Assembly: GCA_011364905.1 (NCBI GenBank)
Contig: RDNZ01000010.1
Location: 1-52,030, forward strand
DNA from: Candidatus Thorarchaeota archaeon
Lineage (GTDB): Archaea > Asgardarchaeota > Thorarchaeia > Thorarchaeales > Thorarchaeaceae
DNA: 52,030 nucleotides
Reading direction: 5' to 3'
Shown here: piece after piece, positions 19,699 through 29,202 of the stretch
Layout: every line of letters begins with the position of its first letter
How positions within the stretch are numbered: position 1 is the stretch's first letter
Notes under the pieces: generated by a model
The model's input: only the letters and a program-made list of their open reading frames with translations
Told to the model about the DNA's origin: nothing
Database searches by the model: none
Program-made: the position numbers and the translations under genes

Positions 19699-20607
19699 CT
19701 ACTGTGATCCCTCCGCTTGGACTTCCTGTTCTTCTCTGATATTCGGGTCTGAAATGATAAGATAGGTTCTCGATACTGCGAGCACATAAACTGGTAGTAG
19801 TAAAAGAACAATCACAAGACCAGCTGCAAGAATGTAGAGAGTATATACTTGATCTGGCATGAGTATGACATCCGTGAACTCTTGGATAATAAAGGGTCCA
19901 AGCACTAGCAAACCCAATGACGAGAATGTGCCCCAAATCGAAAATACAGCGCCTGAGTTTTTCCTAGTCAGTGTTATTGAGTGCTTGATGGAGGAAAAAA
20001 CCGGAATGCCATCAACTATTGATGGAAAGACCATGGATAGCATTCCCGAACTGAAAAGAAACCATAGAGCAGCTATGAAGATTAGAAACGTAAGTGTGGT
20101 GATATCAGGTATCTGGTTTCTGAACCACCATGCTCCGAAAATATACTCAATCCCGATGGGCACAATTATAATCAGGAACTGAACTATTCCTCCTGAAGCC
20201 AAGCGAGAGAATTTCTGCCGATACCAAAGCAATGCCTCCTCGGCAGTGATAGTTCCGCTCTCAAAAGCCTCTTGTCCAATCCCAAACAGTGCACCTATAG
20301 CAATTAAGAACGGTGCTAGTAGGGCGGAGCCTGCAAACAGAATTATACCGACAGCCTCAACATCGTTAACCCCTGACAGGGCGTCGCCTATAAAGTCGAA
20401 AACATCGAAGACTTCATCAAAAGGCCCATAGAAAATCGAAATCGGTATACTTCCTATGAACACTATGAATAGGAACAAGACTATGGTAATAACAAAGACA
20501 CCAAGTATTGCTAAGAAGATAGAGAGATAGTATGTTCTTGTGAATTGAACACTAAGCTTGATCGTTTCAACATAGCTTCGCAGGTTCCATTTGCCCATTA
20601 CATTCAC
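19699..20607 (-). CDS. Hypothetical polytopic membrane protein
   Basis: About 6 TM segments; PSIVDG..VFSSIKHS motif; co-oriented and overlapping within an operon. Confidence 0.75.
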   Translation of the reverse strand: MNVMGKWNLRSYVETIKLSVQFTRTYYLSIFLAILGVFVITIVLFLFIVFIGSIPISIFYGPFDEVFDVFDFIGDALSGVNDVEAVGIILFAGSALLAPFLIAIGALFGIGQEAFESGTITAEEALLWYRQKFSRLASGGIVQFLIIIVPIGIEYIFGAWWFRNQIPDITTLTFLIFIAALWFLFSSGMLSMVFPSIVDGIPVFSSIKHSITLTRKNSGAVFSIWGTFSSLGLLVLGPFIIQEFTDVILMPDQVYTLYILAAGLVIVLLLLPVYVLAVSRTYLIISDPNIREEQEVQAEGSQ

Positions 20608-22409
20608 ACCCGTTGTTTCTTTCTAACAACTATGAAGATGCTACTAAGTGCTACGATTGCCAATATTGAGAATGGAACGATAATCAAATCAGGCATCGGC
20701 GGACCTTCGGTATTTCCCTCTGTAATTGTAATGTCCAGAAGCTCGGACGGTATTTCGGAAAGCGCCAACACATCCTCAAAATCAGTCGGTGTTTCATTTG
20801 ACATTAGAGTCGTTATCACATATACTTCTGCAGCCCCATTGCTTTGGATATACTCAGAGATTGTTCCACGTTCTGAACGGTACTGATTTTGCGACACATG
20901 CCACCCAGTGGAATTTCTCAAGGCTACAACTACTCCAATAGTGTATGGATACGGATTTTCAATTGCAATTGTAAAGTTGTCAGGTGGTGCGATCAATCTA
21001 AACACATTGAAACCATAATGATAATGCCGGACATTTTCCTGGTGGATTGGGTAGATATTCAGTAGATTGGTGTAACTCTGAACTGTATAGTTCAATGACT
21101 CGAATCCATAGACACCATTTTCAGTCTCGGTGTCATCCAAGACACAGGCGGTTATGAAATCAAGATAGACATCATTGAATGTGAGATCATATCCTGCGTT
21201 GGCAAGTGCGACCTCGACGGCTGCTGGACCATCCTCCCGTATGCCTACAAGGTCCCTCACCATACTCACCCCAAACCGTTCAGCAAGATAGGTCACAAAG
21301 AGATACGCCTGACCGTAACTTGCATCCCAAAGACGACCGTAGAACCTGTTGAAATGGAGAAGAGAGATCTCTGGATGATATGTGTAAGTGGTCGTAACCG
21401 CATCTGTAATGTAGTACCAGTATCCTGTGTAATCTATTGCAAGATTTGCTAACCCCTCCATCAGAAAGTCCGCTTCATCTATCTCATAGTTGTCCCAAAT
21501 CAAGTGATTGAACTCATGGATAGTAATGAGCACAGTTTCGTTCAGGTCCCTTTCAGATTCGATGAAAATCATTTCTCTTCTATTAGAATATGGAAAAGGA
21601 CATTCATCCCACGGAACATGAAATCCCAAATACGCAGTTCCCATATACCGGACCAATGGTACGAGGAATAGTGTCACCCTGGGATCCCCATCCAAATCTC
21701 CGAGATAGCCATCCGGACTTCCAGCAAGCTCGACTGCTTTAGGGTAGACCACATCATCGAAGGTCTGCCCCAACTGACTGCACTTCGATATTGCCGCACC
21801 TTCTCCTAGAAGATCAATCGTTTCGTTTGCCATGTAGACATAGCAGTAATCACCAACAGCGAGAAGAGTAGCATTCACTGGAGTCAACTCCATGGACTCT
21901 GGTCGCGACAGGTATGTCCAGAAAGCACGTTGGTCACCAAAAGACTCGGGAGTATTTTCGTGGTTAATCAAAACACCAGGAGTGAATACAGGTGCGAAAT
22001 ACACTGTTCTCACCTTGTTTTCATCATAAAGGAAATGAAAGGTGAACTGATACTGTGTCCCAGCTACGAAATCACCATAGACATCCATTGACAAGATTCC
22101 ATGAAAGGGAGTGGTATACGCTGATTCATTCGTTGTGGTATCAAGTGGATTGAGTCCTGTGACAGATGGTTCACATTTCAGTGTTTGAAGCGTGAGCTCC
22201 TCATCAAAAGGATCAAAGAGTCCAACAACCCTAATACTATTGGGGCCCATTCCATCGTCCCCGATAGTCAAACACTGGATATCAAAAGTATTAGGGGCTG
22301 CAGGTGCAAAATAAACAGCCACCCCAATACTGCTGATTGTTATAATCAATACAAGAGCGATAGCAATTTTCGTTCTTGATCCTAGAGTTCCCCAACTAAT
22401 TCGCGACAT
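20604..22409 (-). CDS. Membrane-anchored zinc metallopeptidase (M30/M6-like)
   Basis: HEFNH...EGLA, GDLDGDPRV, SNRREMIFI, YGQAYLFVTYL; N-terminal signal/TM and C-terminal TM + RKK. Confidence 0.82.
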   Translation of the reverse strand: MSRISWGTLGSRTKIAIALVLIITISSIGVAVYFAPAAPNTFDIQCLTIGDDGMGPNSIRVVGLFDPFDEELTLQTLKCEPSVTGLNPLDTTTNESAYTTPFHGILSMDVYGDFVAGTQYQFTFHFLYDENKVRTVYFAPVFTPGVLINHENTPESFGDQRAFWTYLSRPESMELTPVNATLLAVGDYCYVYMANETIDLLGEGAAISKCSQLGQTFDDVVYPKAVELAGSPDGYLGDLDGDPRVTLFLVPLVRYMGTAYLGFHVPWDECPFPYSNRREMIFIESERDLNETVLITIHEFNHLIWDNYEIDEADFLMEGLANLAIDYTGYWYYITDAVTTTYTYHPEISLLHFNRFYGRLWDASYGQAYLFVTYLAERFGVSMVRDLVGIREDGPAAVEVALANAGYDLTFNDVYLDFITACVLDDTETENGVYGFESLNYTVQSYTNLLNIYPIHQENVRHYHYGFNVFRLIAPPDNFTIAIENPYPYTIGVVVALRNSTGWHVSQNQYRSERGTISEYIQSNGAAEVYVITTLMSNETPTDFEDVLALSEIPSELLDITITEGNTEGPPMPDLIIVPFSILAIVALSSIFIVVRKKQRV

Positions 22410-22436
22410 GCGTCGATGAATGTTTGCGTTTGTTAA

Positions 22437-22463
22437 AAACGTTTGCGGTAAAAGCAAACGTTT
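22437..22463. promoter_or_regulatory. Inverted repeat upstream of the peptidase-membrane protein-ArsR operon
   Basis: AAACGTTTGC-GGTAAAA-GCAAACGTTT; each arm contains the palindrome AAACGTTT. Confidence 0.55.
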
Positions 22464-22597
22464 GTGGTTGTTGATGTGTTTTTATCTAGCAGACAGTGGA
22501 AAGCAGAATGAATTCCTGGTCTTAATCTATTCATGCTAAGTTACTCAAGTTTAAGTGATGAGTATGATTCCATCTTTGCCTTCGAGGTGGAAATATC

Positions 22598-23485
22598 TTG
22601 AGCAGGGAAAATAGTGAACCAACTTCAGAGGCAAGCATAGTACCGAATAATAAATCCATTAAGAACGGATTCTTATTCATACTCTTCACAGGCGCAAGTT
22701 TTCTCACATTCAATATTGGAGGATACAACAATTTCGTTCCCTCTGAATTGAGGCTAATCGTGAGGATAATCGTAGCTGGTATTCTGTTTCTATCTACCGT
22801 CGCGCTTTACAAGACAGAGGGGAGTTGGAACAAATACTGGAACGTATCATATGCTTTGTTAATATCATCCATAGGACTAGTTCTTGCATGGTTCTTCGGA
22901 AGGTGGTACACACTAATCCCGGGACTTTCACTAAACACTGTCGAAGGTGTCGCAATCGCAAAGGTGGCAGAAGTCATCCCTATAGTTGTCACAATTCTCA
23001 TTGGCACATGGTTAGTTGAGAGAGATTTCACCCCAATCTTCCTACGTGGAGGAGATCTCGAGAAGACATTCAAAATAGGTCTAATCGTTTCGCCTGTTGC
23101 ATTGATACCATTTTTTGCACTTGGCGGATTAGGTCTCTCTGTTGGTCTAGATGTTATTTCCAGATGGCTACCTTGGATGTGTGTGTTTGGTTTTAGCAAT
23201 GCATTCATGGAAGAACTGATGATTAGGGGTATATTTCTGAAAAAGTATAATGCGATGTTTGGAAAAAACAGTTCACTGCTTCTGACTTCGGTGATTTTTG
23301 CACTGTTCCATCAGGCAGTCATTGATTATACGGATCCTGCATCATTTACGATCTTTTTACTAGTCACGTTTCTATTGGGCATATCATGGGGATATGTTAT
23401 GCAGAAATCTGACAGTATCTGGGGTGCAGTTCTGGCCCACGCAATCGCAGACATTCTTTTAATCATTGCAGTATTTGGAACATAA
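22598..23485 (+). CDS. CPBP/CAAX (Abi) family intramembrane metalloprotease
   Basis: EELMIRG, FALFH, SIWGAVLAHAIAD. Confidence 0.92.
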   Translation: MSRENSEPTSEASIVPNNKSIKNGFLFILFTGASFLTFNIGGYNNFVPSELRLIVRIIVAGILFLSTVALYKTEGSWNKYWNVSYALLISSIGLVLAWFFGRWYTLIPGLSLNTVEGVAIAKVAEVIPIVVTILIGTWLVERDFTPIFLRGGDLEKTFKIGLIVSPVALIPFFALGGLGLSVGLDVISRWLPWMCVFGFSNAFMEELMIRGIFLKKYNAMFGKNSSLLLTSVIFALFHQAVIDYTDPASFTIFLLVTFLLGISWGYVMQKSDSIWGAVLAHAIADILLIIAVFGT

Positions 23486-23494
23486 TTTCTAGAA

Positions 23495-23566
23495 AGAGAA
23501 GAAGAGAGAACTGGAATTCTCAAGCTCATCAGTATTAGAACTATTTCATGGTCTTGACCCATTCGA
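23495..23566 (-). repeat. Duplicate copy of the 3' end and terminator region of gene 25017-25682
   Basis: TTCATGGTCTTGACCCATTCGA identical at 23545-23566 and 25021-25042; both read EWVKTMK-stop. Flanks share GCTCATC and AGAAGAAGAG. Confidence 0.85.
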
Positions 23567-23571
23567 GATGT

Positions 23572-23874
23572 CTACCAACTACACCCTGCGTCAGGAGTTC
23601 CGTTTCCAGCTGGACACCTCTTGAGAAAGATTATGATAATCACAAAGATTGCAATTCCCCCACCTCCAATTCCAAGAATAACGAGAACGGTCATGTCTAC
23701 TGGTGGCGGAGTTGGACTTGTCGCCTCTGCGCCCCATGAACCATGCGAGGGTTCTGATTCTATCCATTTTCGTGCGAATACCCAATCATTTTCCCTCAAA
23801 GGTGCATCTTGTCTTCCTCCCGTCATTTGGATGTTCGTGTCTAAAGCATACTGCTTTTGATTTGGTCTTAGGCA
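23572..23874 (-). pseudogene. 3' remnant of a surface protein gene (DUF2341-like end + TM anchor)
   Basis: DWVFARKWIESEPSHGSWGAE resembles DUF2341 C-termini; Pro/Thr linker, TM, tail ending GCSW*. No signal peptide, and an in-frame stop lies just upstream. Confidence 0.6.
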
Positions 23875-24044
23875 TCAGGGAACCTCATTCAAACTAGTAC
23901 CCGTTTTTGATACAATACTTTTCGAGAAAAACTACAACAGGAGTTAGATTATTCGGGTCTAGTACTTGGATTAAATTCTTAAGCTACCGATATTACAGCA
24001 TTGGTTACAAATTCGCGTGTAGTCAAGAAAGGGAGATACTGAAA

Positions 24045-24932
24045 TTGAAGATACATGAAAAAGGATTGGGTATCCCTCTTGTTATCATAGTTCTTCTGTT
24101 AATGATTTCTATACAACCCGCGGTGAGGGCAACAGAGCTCACCGCTGATAATTTCAATGACATGAACTATGATGGTTGGGAAACCTATGGAACAGTATTC
24201 AACAGGACTGAGGACATGTATTATCCAGCCAATTCTGCGAATTACTCTGCTGCTGATAAAACATTGAGGGTTACAGGACCAGGAGGCGATTGGTTGCGTC
24301 AGCTGTATAGTGTCGCTTACTTAAATCACTCAGTTAATTATGGCACATGGAGCTTCGACCTGTATGTAGTGGATACCCCTGGTCATGAGTGTGTTATTCA
24401 CCTGCTTTCAGATTACTATTATCCACTAGAGAGTGAAAATGGAATTTCAGAGAAGCATTTGAACTACAGCTATCTTTTCGTCATCCTGACGTACGGTTCT
24501 TGGCCCAGCACCAGCTATAATAAACCACTGATCGAGTTTTGGTATATTAATAATGGAGTACACGTGGTTATGGATAGATATGAAATTGGACCTGCAGGGA
24601 GTACTTGGTCAGATAGATGGACACATTTTGACATCACAAGAGATGCCACTGGACACTTCGACATATATCTCAATGGAACACTACGTTTGTCCGCGCAACC
24701 AGGTGTACACTATATCCCGGCGGGCTACTTTCAATTCCTTGGTCAAACTGGTCAGGCAATTGATAACTTGGCAATATATGATTACATCGTTCCGCATCCA
24801 CCTGATACGACTACTACTGAGACTACTACAAATTCGACCGGATCCAATTTAACACCAGTCCTGCTAGCCGTTAGCACAATAGAGCTTGTTGTCATAATCC
24901 TCTTGGCTGTAGTCTACTTCAGAAAAAGTTAG
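24045..24932 (+). CDS. Membrane-anchored surface protein, concanavalin-A-like beta-sandwich
   Basis: Signal peptide after TTG 24045 (GGGAG RBS); DNFNDMNYDGW, YGTWSFD, WTHFDITRDATGHFDIYLNG, AIDNLAI; Thr stalk and TM. Confidence 0.78.
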   Translation: MKIHEKGLGIPLVIIVLLLMISIQPAVRATELTADNFNDMNYDGWETYGTVFNRTEDMYYPANSANYSAADKTLRVTGPGGDWLRQLYSVAYLNHSVNYGTWSFDLYVVDTPGHECVIHLLSDYYYPLESENGISEKHLNYSYLFVILTYGSWPSTSYNKPLIEFWYINNGVHVVMDRYEIGPAGSTWSDRWTHFDITRDATGHFDIYLNGTLRLSAQPGVHYIPAGYFQFLGQTGQAIDNLAIYDYIVPHPPDTTTTETTTNSTGSNLTPVLLAVSTIELVVIILLAVVYFRKS

Positions 24933-24981
24933 CAATCTTGATATTCGAGAAACATTGGCGTAAAAAGAAGAAGAGTGAGCT

Positions 24982-24998
24982 AGGAGTCAGCGACTCCT
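24982..24998 (-). terminator. Stem-loop after the DUF35 gene
   Basis: AGGAGTC-AGC-GACTCCT, followed on the minus strand by CTCTTCTTCTTTTT. Confidence 0.6.
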
Positions 24999-25016
24999 GC
25001 TCATCTATTTGTAGCA

Positions 25017-25682
25017 TCACTTCATGGTCTTGACCCATTCGATGACTGGTTGACAAAGCTCCTTGATTCGCTCCTTCTCCTCGTTCATCGGTCCGGGTTT
25101 CCAACCGTCTGCCGGCTCGAAGTGCCAGTCGGTGACTGTGCCCTGTCGCTCTTTCTTCGGTTTCCAGACGACCTTGACAGGCATTCCGAAGTCAGCCTCC
25201 CAGGGCTCGATTCCTCGAAGCTCATTCGCGATGGCAGTCTTGCAACCGTCAACGATGACGTAGGCAAGAATGAAGGGGAGTCGTTTCAGTGAAGACTTTC
25301 CGCTCCACCCAGCAACCGTGAAGGTATGGACAATTCCTTCCTCCTTGAGTTGAATCCATTCGGTCTTCTCAAGATTGTCGTCAAGGTTCCAGCAGTTCAC
25401 CCTGGGTGGGAAGAACTTGTCACCGCACTTGGGACACTTTGTACCCCAGAACTCGCCATCTACGAAGCCCTTGCCGAGCTTGGAAACCTCTGCGTACTTC
25501 CAGTAGTACAACTGGTCGTAGTGGAGGTAGACCTTGAACTGCTCCTCTTTCGAGTCCCAGTCGTAACCCATGAAACCGATACCGGTCTCTTCGACATTGC
25601 CACGGAACTCATCCGAGTGCTTGTCATCCCACTCAACATCGGTGTGACCGGGAATCTTGTGTAGTCTCTTGTCATTGGTCAT
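25017..25682 (-). CDS. Zn-ribbon/OB-fold (DUF35/ChsH2-like) thiolase partner
   Basis: GTKCPKCGDKFFPPRVNC, EGIVHTFT, LPFILAYV, GMPVKVVW; directly downstream of the thiolase. Confidence 0.9.
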   Translation of the reverse strand: MTNDKRLHKIPGHTDVEWDDKHSDEFRGNVEETGIGFMGYDWDSKEEQFKVYLHYDQLYYWKYAEVSKLGKGFVDGEFWGTKCPKCGDKFFPPRVNCWNLDDNLEKTEWIQLKEEGIVHTFTVAGWSGKSSLKRLPFILAYVIVDGCKTAIANELRGIEPWEADFGMPVKVVWKPKKERQGTVTDWHFEPADGWKPGPMNEEKERIKELCQPVIEWVKTMK

Positions 25683-25684
25683 CT

Positions 25685-26962
25685 TTATGGCCTCCTCAAG
25701 ATGAAGTTCGAGATACTGGTCCCAGTACCCGCATGACTATTAACAAGACCCGTGTTTGCATCCTTCACGTAGGTCTTGGAGCTCAAGTGTTTCTTTGGTG
25801 CGGTATCATTGAGATGATATGAACACTCTAGAGCACTCATGATTCCGGTGGCACCGACTGGATGTCCATAACCCATGAGCCCGCCGCCGACGTTTGTGGG
25901 GACCTCACCATCGAGGAATGTCTGCTTCTCACGGACGAACTCCTTGATGTTCTCCTTGTCGCACCAGTGAAGCGCCTTGTAGATCTGGGTCTCAGAGCTG
26001 CTGAACGCATCGTGAATCTCAGCAACATCAATCTCCTTCGCGGCCTTCTTGTACTCGATGCCAGCCATGTCATAGGCATCCTCTCCAGACTTCCGGCATG
26101 CTCCGAACTCTGTCATATCAGGATAGCCCTTGCCGTATAGCTTGTTCCAACCAGGGAAGTCAATACGGTCACCTGCACGGATTGTACAACTGCTGAGGCC
26201 AGCGCCTGCAATCTCAACATAGGTGTCTGGAGCATGTTTCTTTGCCCATTCTTCAGTCGTGACTAGAGCAAATGCGCCACCGCGACTCATCAGACAGCAG
26301 TCCAGTTTCTTTAGTGGATAGCTGATGAGACGGCTCTCCATGACATCCTCGACTGTGAGAGTTTTCTTGTAGTAGGGCGACTTGGGATTGGTATAGTCGC
26401 TTCTGTAAAACTGCGCACCGGGATTATCTGCGGCGTAGTTCCTGTTCTTCATTGCAGCAAGAGCGAAGTCTTCCTCAGTCAAGTCATTGTCTTTCATGAA
26501 CTTGTACGCCATGGCAGCATAGTAGATGGGATAGATCCCACCAGCAAGCGCTTCATACCGAGTGTCTGAGGCAAGCGCGATGAACTCGCTACCCTGTGAC
26601 TGGGTGACGTTGTCCATGGTCTCCCAGCCGTACACTCCGACTACATCAAAGAGCCCAGACTTCACAGCCATGAAAGCACCGAATAAGGCCGAGCCTCCGG
26701 TGTTTCCACCGTTTTCAATTCGCACGTGGGGCAATCCGACTAACCCAAGGTGGTCATGTACGATCCACTCAGGACAGAGCTGCTTGCCAAAGTGTACTGA
26801 GAAATGAGAATATACCATGAATTGTAGATCCTTGAGAGTAAAATCAGGGATTTCATGTTGGGTTTCCACAATACAGTTGGCAGCCATAGCCTCTGGCGTT
26901 ATATGCATGGGATAGTCGAAGGGTGTTGCAACACCACCTGCGATGCACACTTTTCGACTCAT
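25685..26962 (-). CDS. Thiolase-superfamily (SCP2-thiolase type) protein lacking the canonical nucleophilic Cys
   Basis: AEIHDAF, NVGGGLMGYGHPVGATG, KNRNYAADNP; the nucleophile loop reads ENGGNTGG. Confidence 0.9.
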   Translation of the reverse strand: MSRKVCIAGGVATPFDYPMHITPEAMAANCIVETQHEIPDFTLKDLQFMVYSHFSVHFGKQLCPEWIVHDHLGLVGLPHVRIENGGNTGGSALFGAFMAVKSGLFDVVGVYGWETMDNVTQSQGSEFIALASDTRYEALAGGIYPIYYAAMAYKFMKDNDLTEEDFALAAMKNRNYAADNPGAQFYRSDYTNPKSPYYKKTLTVEDVMESRLISYPLKKLDCCLMSRGGAFALVTTEEWAKKHAPDTYVEIAGAGLSSCTIRAGDRIDFPGWNKLYGKGYPDMTEFGACRKSGEDAYDMAGIEYKKAAKEIDVAEIHDAFSSSETQIYKALHWCDKENIKEFVREKQTFLDGEVPTNVGGGLMGYGHPVGATGIMSALECSYHLNDTAPKKHLSSKTYVKDANTGLVNSHAGTGTSISNFILRRP

Positions 26963-27195
26963 AATATATCACTGAATCCTTGTTTGAACGCCGACCAAAA
27001 GGCGGCGATGCTAAGGTCAGAGAATTCTGGCTGGTACTTAACAGCTTCGGCATACCAAAATGAGCATAATCAGGGAATAATGCTGTCAGGAACAATGCAT
27101 GGTAGATGTTCAATCGACAAGTTTTGGGAACTCAACATGCCAATGCGCAGTAACCAATGCATAAAAATCCCAAGCCGCAGGTCAAAATGATTGCC

Positions 27196-27693
27196 ATGAA
27201 TGCCAAGGAACTAGTCCGAAGTCTTGCAGCATCTACGAGAGAGTGGCGTGAAAGAGCTCTTCAGAACCTCATGGATAATGGATGTAAGGACCTCTCCTAT
27301 AGACCTGAAACCGGAATGTCAGCATTTGGATGGCTTCTGGGACACCAAGCTGCGGCGTTCGACTATACACTGAACATGTTGATCAAAGAAGGAGAGCCTA
27401 GGAAGCCAGACCTCTTCTATTCCTACCGGGGCGACAGCAGCGACGATGGAAACTGGAAAGGGACTTCGCTTAAGGAGATCAACAACTACTACGACTTAGT
27501 GGAGAGCGAGTTTCTCAAGTATTTCGAACAATCTTCGGATGAAGAACTGGGCCGTGTTCTAGAAGGGGCCAACACTCCCGACTATTACCAAGGCAAGCGG
27601 GTCATTGATGCGATTACTGATATGTTTGCGCACCTTAACCACCACAATGGTCAACTGAGTGCAATCAAAGGTGACTGGTGTAAACCTAAGTGA
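27196..27693 (+). CDS. DinB-family protein
   Basis: WLLGHQA and FAHLNHHNGQL His motifs. Confidence 0.85.
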   Translation: MNAKELVRSLAASTREWRERALQNLMDNGCKDLSYRPETGMSAFGWLLGHQAAAFDYTLNMLIKEGEPRKPDLFYSYRGDSSDDGNWKGTSLKEINNYYDLVESEFLKYFEQSSDEELGRVLEGANTPDYYQGKRVIDAITDMFAHLNHHNGQLSAIKGDWCKPK

Positions 27694-27711
27694 AGAGAGC
27701 TCATTGACATT

Positions 27712-29202
27712 CTATGAGAGAAGCAAGTCCGGGACAAGAAGCTCAGCCTTGTCCTTGAGATAATGCATCCCAGTTTTCTCAGAGATGTCCAAGACCTGCT
27801 CTACTAGTTTTCTTGATTCTTTGACTCTACCTTGCTTGAATCTGAACTTGGCTAGAAGGAGTGTAGCCTGTGCTGCAGTGCCTGGAAGATCCTTCTCCTC
27901 AATGTGATCAAGCAATTTTCTCATCCAAGGTCCAGAAACTTCTAGGCTTGCACTTTCCTTCTTAGGTGAGATCAGATCTATCTCTACATCTACCATCTCG
28001 GTGAGCACAAAATGAATACGCGCTAAACCTTGAGAACGCTCAAAAACATCAAGAGCATTCCTAAAGGAAAAAATAGCAGTGGACAAGTCGCCTTGTTTTT
28101 TCGCTAGCAGACCCTCAAGAAAATGGATGTGCGCGAGGTTTGGTTCATCACCAGATTTTAGTGACGAGGCACGTGCCTTCTCCAAGCACTGACTAGCCTC
28201 ATCAATCCTATCGAGGAGAAGATATGCCCAAGTTCCTTGTATTTGGCATAATACTTCTGCGCGTTTCCCGTATTCGTGTCGACTTTCACGTATAGATTTC
28301 AAAGCTGTCTTTCCGTCACCCTTCTGATTGTAGATGCCAGAAATCACTAATCTCATGAAACCTACCGGAAGACCTTGGTCTGATCGATACACTACGCATT
28401 GATTCTGATAGTCTAACGCTTTCTCGAACTCCCCTCTCGCCATTGCAATATGACCTAGTTCATGCGGATAGCGCCATCTGCCAGATAATAATCCGAGTTC
28501 ATCAACTATTTCCTTCGCGATTTCTAGTAGACTGAGAGCTTCATTGAAGTTGAAATGTTTCATTTTGTTAGCTTTCTCCGTGAGAAGCCAATAAAGCACT
28601 TCTTGATCATCATATTTCTTTGCCTGAGAGATGGCCATGTCATCATATTTGATTGCTTCTTTGAGATTGCCTTCATTAGATAGACGCAAAGCCGTTATTC
28701 TGTGAACTTGTGAGAGAAAGAAACCATACTCCTCATCGTTCTCAATCTTTGAAGTCAAAATGCTTAGAGGCTCATTATCTACTGCTGCTTCAGGCATTTT
28801 AAAAATCTCAATCATAAAACGCCAGGCGATGTATATGTGACAAGCCATCCAATCATTCTCGACACGCTTCAATGCAGAAGACATGGCTCTCTGATACTTA
28901 CTCCATTCGACGTCTTCTTCTCCCGATCTGTGTGCTGCCACAAGACCAAAGAACTGGGTGAGTTCTGTCTTGATGTTTGCATCAATTAACTGTTTTAGAA
29001 AGTCGTACTTACCCTGATTATAGCAGTGATAATACGCAAAGTAAATTGCTAAATCAGGGAGCGATTCGCTTATTGCTCTCTCACAGAGTCGCTCAGCAAA
29101 ATCGTTGTAGTCTTTTGCTTCGTTCATGACCGATTGGAGAATACTCCTTGTTTCTTCATCCACATGTGGAAAACATGCAGTTATGGTCCCAATTGGCTTC
29201 AC
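27712..29202 (-). CDS. TPR-repeat protein (Thorarchaeota-type expanded family)
   Basis: Helical repeats (ELGHIAMARGEFEKAL, EGLLAKKQGDLSTAI); N-terminus VKPIGTITACFPHVDEETR. Confidence 0.8.
   Translation of the reverse strand: MKPIGTITACFPHVDEETRSILQSVMNEAKDYNDFAERLCERAISESLPDLAIYFAYYHCYNQGKYDFLKQLIDANIKTELTQFFGLVAAHRSGEEDVEWSKYQRAMSSALKRVENDWMACHIYIAWRFMIEIFKMPEAAVDNEPLSILTSKIENDEEYGFFLSQVHRITALRLSNEGNLKEAIKYDDMAISQAKKYDDQEVLYWLLTEKANKMKHFNFNEALSLLEIAKEIVDELGLLSGRWRYPHELGHIAMARGEFEKALDYQNQCVVYRSDQGLPVGFMRLVISGIYNQKGDGKTALKSIRESRHEYGKRAEVLCQIQGTWAYLLLDRIDEASQCLEKARASSLKSGDEPNLAHIHFLEGLLAKKQGDLSTAIFSFRNALDVFERSQGLARIHFVLTEMVDVEIDLISPKKESASLEVSGPWMRKLLDHIEEKDLPGTAAQATLLLAKFRFKQGRVKESRKLVEQVLDISEKTGMHYLKDKAELLVPDLLLS

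Noticed and set aside
12845-23485. ICMT-family + CAAX protease as a eukaryote-like prenylation pathway
   Set aside because: Both families are widespread in prokaryotes and lie 9 kb apart; no prenyltransferase or CAAX substrate is seen.
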